Assembly (NCBI GenBank): GCA_964016885.1
Contig: OZ024740.1
Coordinates: 247,628,001 to 247,692,000, forward strand
Direction: 5' to 3'
Source: Eledone cirrhosa
Lineage: Eukaryota
Length of the DNA stretch: 64,000 nt
Numbering within the stretch: position 1 is the stretch's first letter; each line of letters opens with the position of its first letter. The notes below the pieces were generated by a model. The model was not told the origin of the DNA. It made no database searches and saw only the letters and a list, made by a program, of their open reading frames with translations. Of this stretch, positions 63,715-64,000 are shown in pieces. The position numbers and the translations under genes were made by a program.

Positions 63715-63847
63715 TCCTCAAAGCCAGTGTTGAAGAAACAGGTGACGATCGGCACAGCTTCTAGTCGGGCTCCTCGTTTGTTTACAAACGAATAGAACAT
63801 TATTATTAATGTTCGATATAAAACATACGTACTTATGTATATGTGTG

Positions 63848-63968
<121 letters not shown>

Positions 63969-64000
63969 ACTAGAAATTGATTAACATATAAATATACATG

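Overview
This window is AT-rich animal DNA made almost entirely of repeats. The tRNA-type SINEs and the microsatellite load suggest a cephalopod (octopus-like) genome, but that is inference. I found no host gene. Two intact retroelement ORFs are present: an R4/Dong-type RT + restriction-like-endonuclease LINE (8076-11585) sitting in a (CATA)n tract, and a Penelope-like element (PLE) encoding RT + GIY-YIG (36115-38574). The rest is decayed RTE, CR1-like, Gypsy, PLE, hAT and SINE copies, often nested. The most striking signal is a recurring fold-back PLE system embedded in (TA)n. It includes large elements (24.4-29.8 kb, 34.4-40.3 kb) and small non-coding ones (30.2, 31.9-32.8 and 49.8-50.5 kb) built from an inverted copy of their own 3' end plus a direct copy. 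They carry about six families of hammerhead ribozymes, some with non-canonical cores (U3-A8 and U4C). The two large elements are also bracketed by inverted, not direct, duplications of flanking DNA. Other highlights are a stack of RTE-derived insertions in (TACA)n, including a bipartite 5'+3' RTE-derived short element, and two RTE copies with twin-priming-type 5' inversions. All calls were made by eye, and boundaries of decayed copies are approximate.
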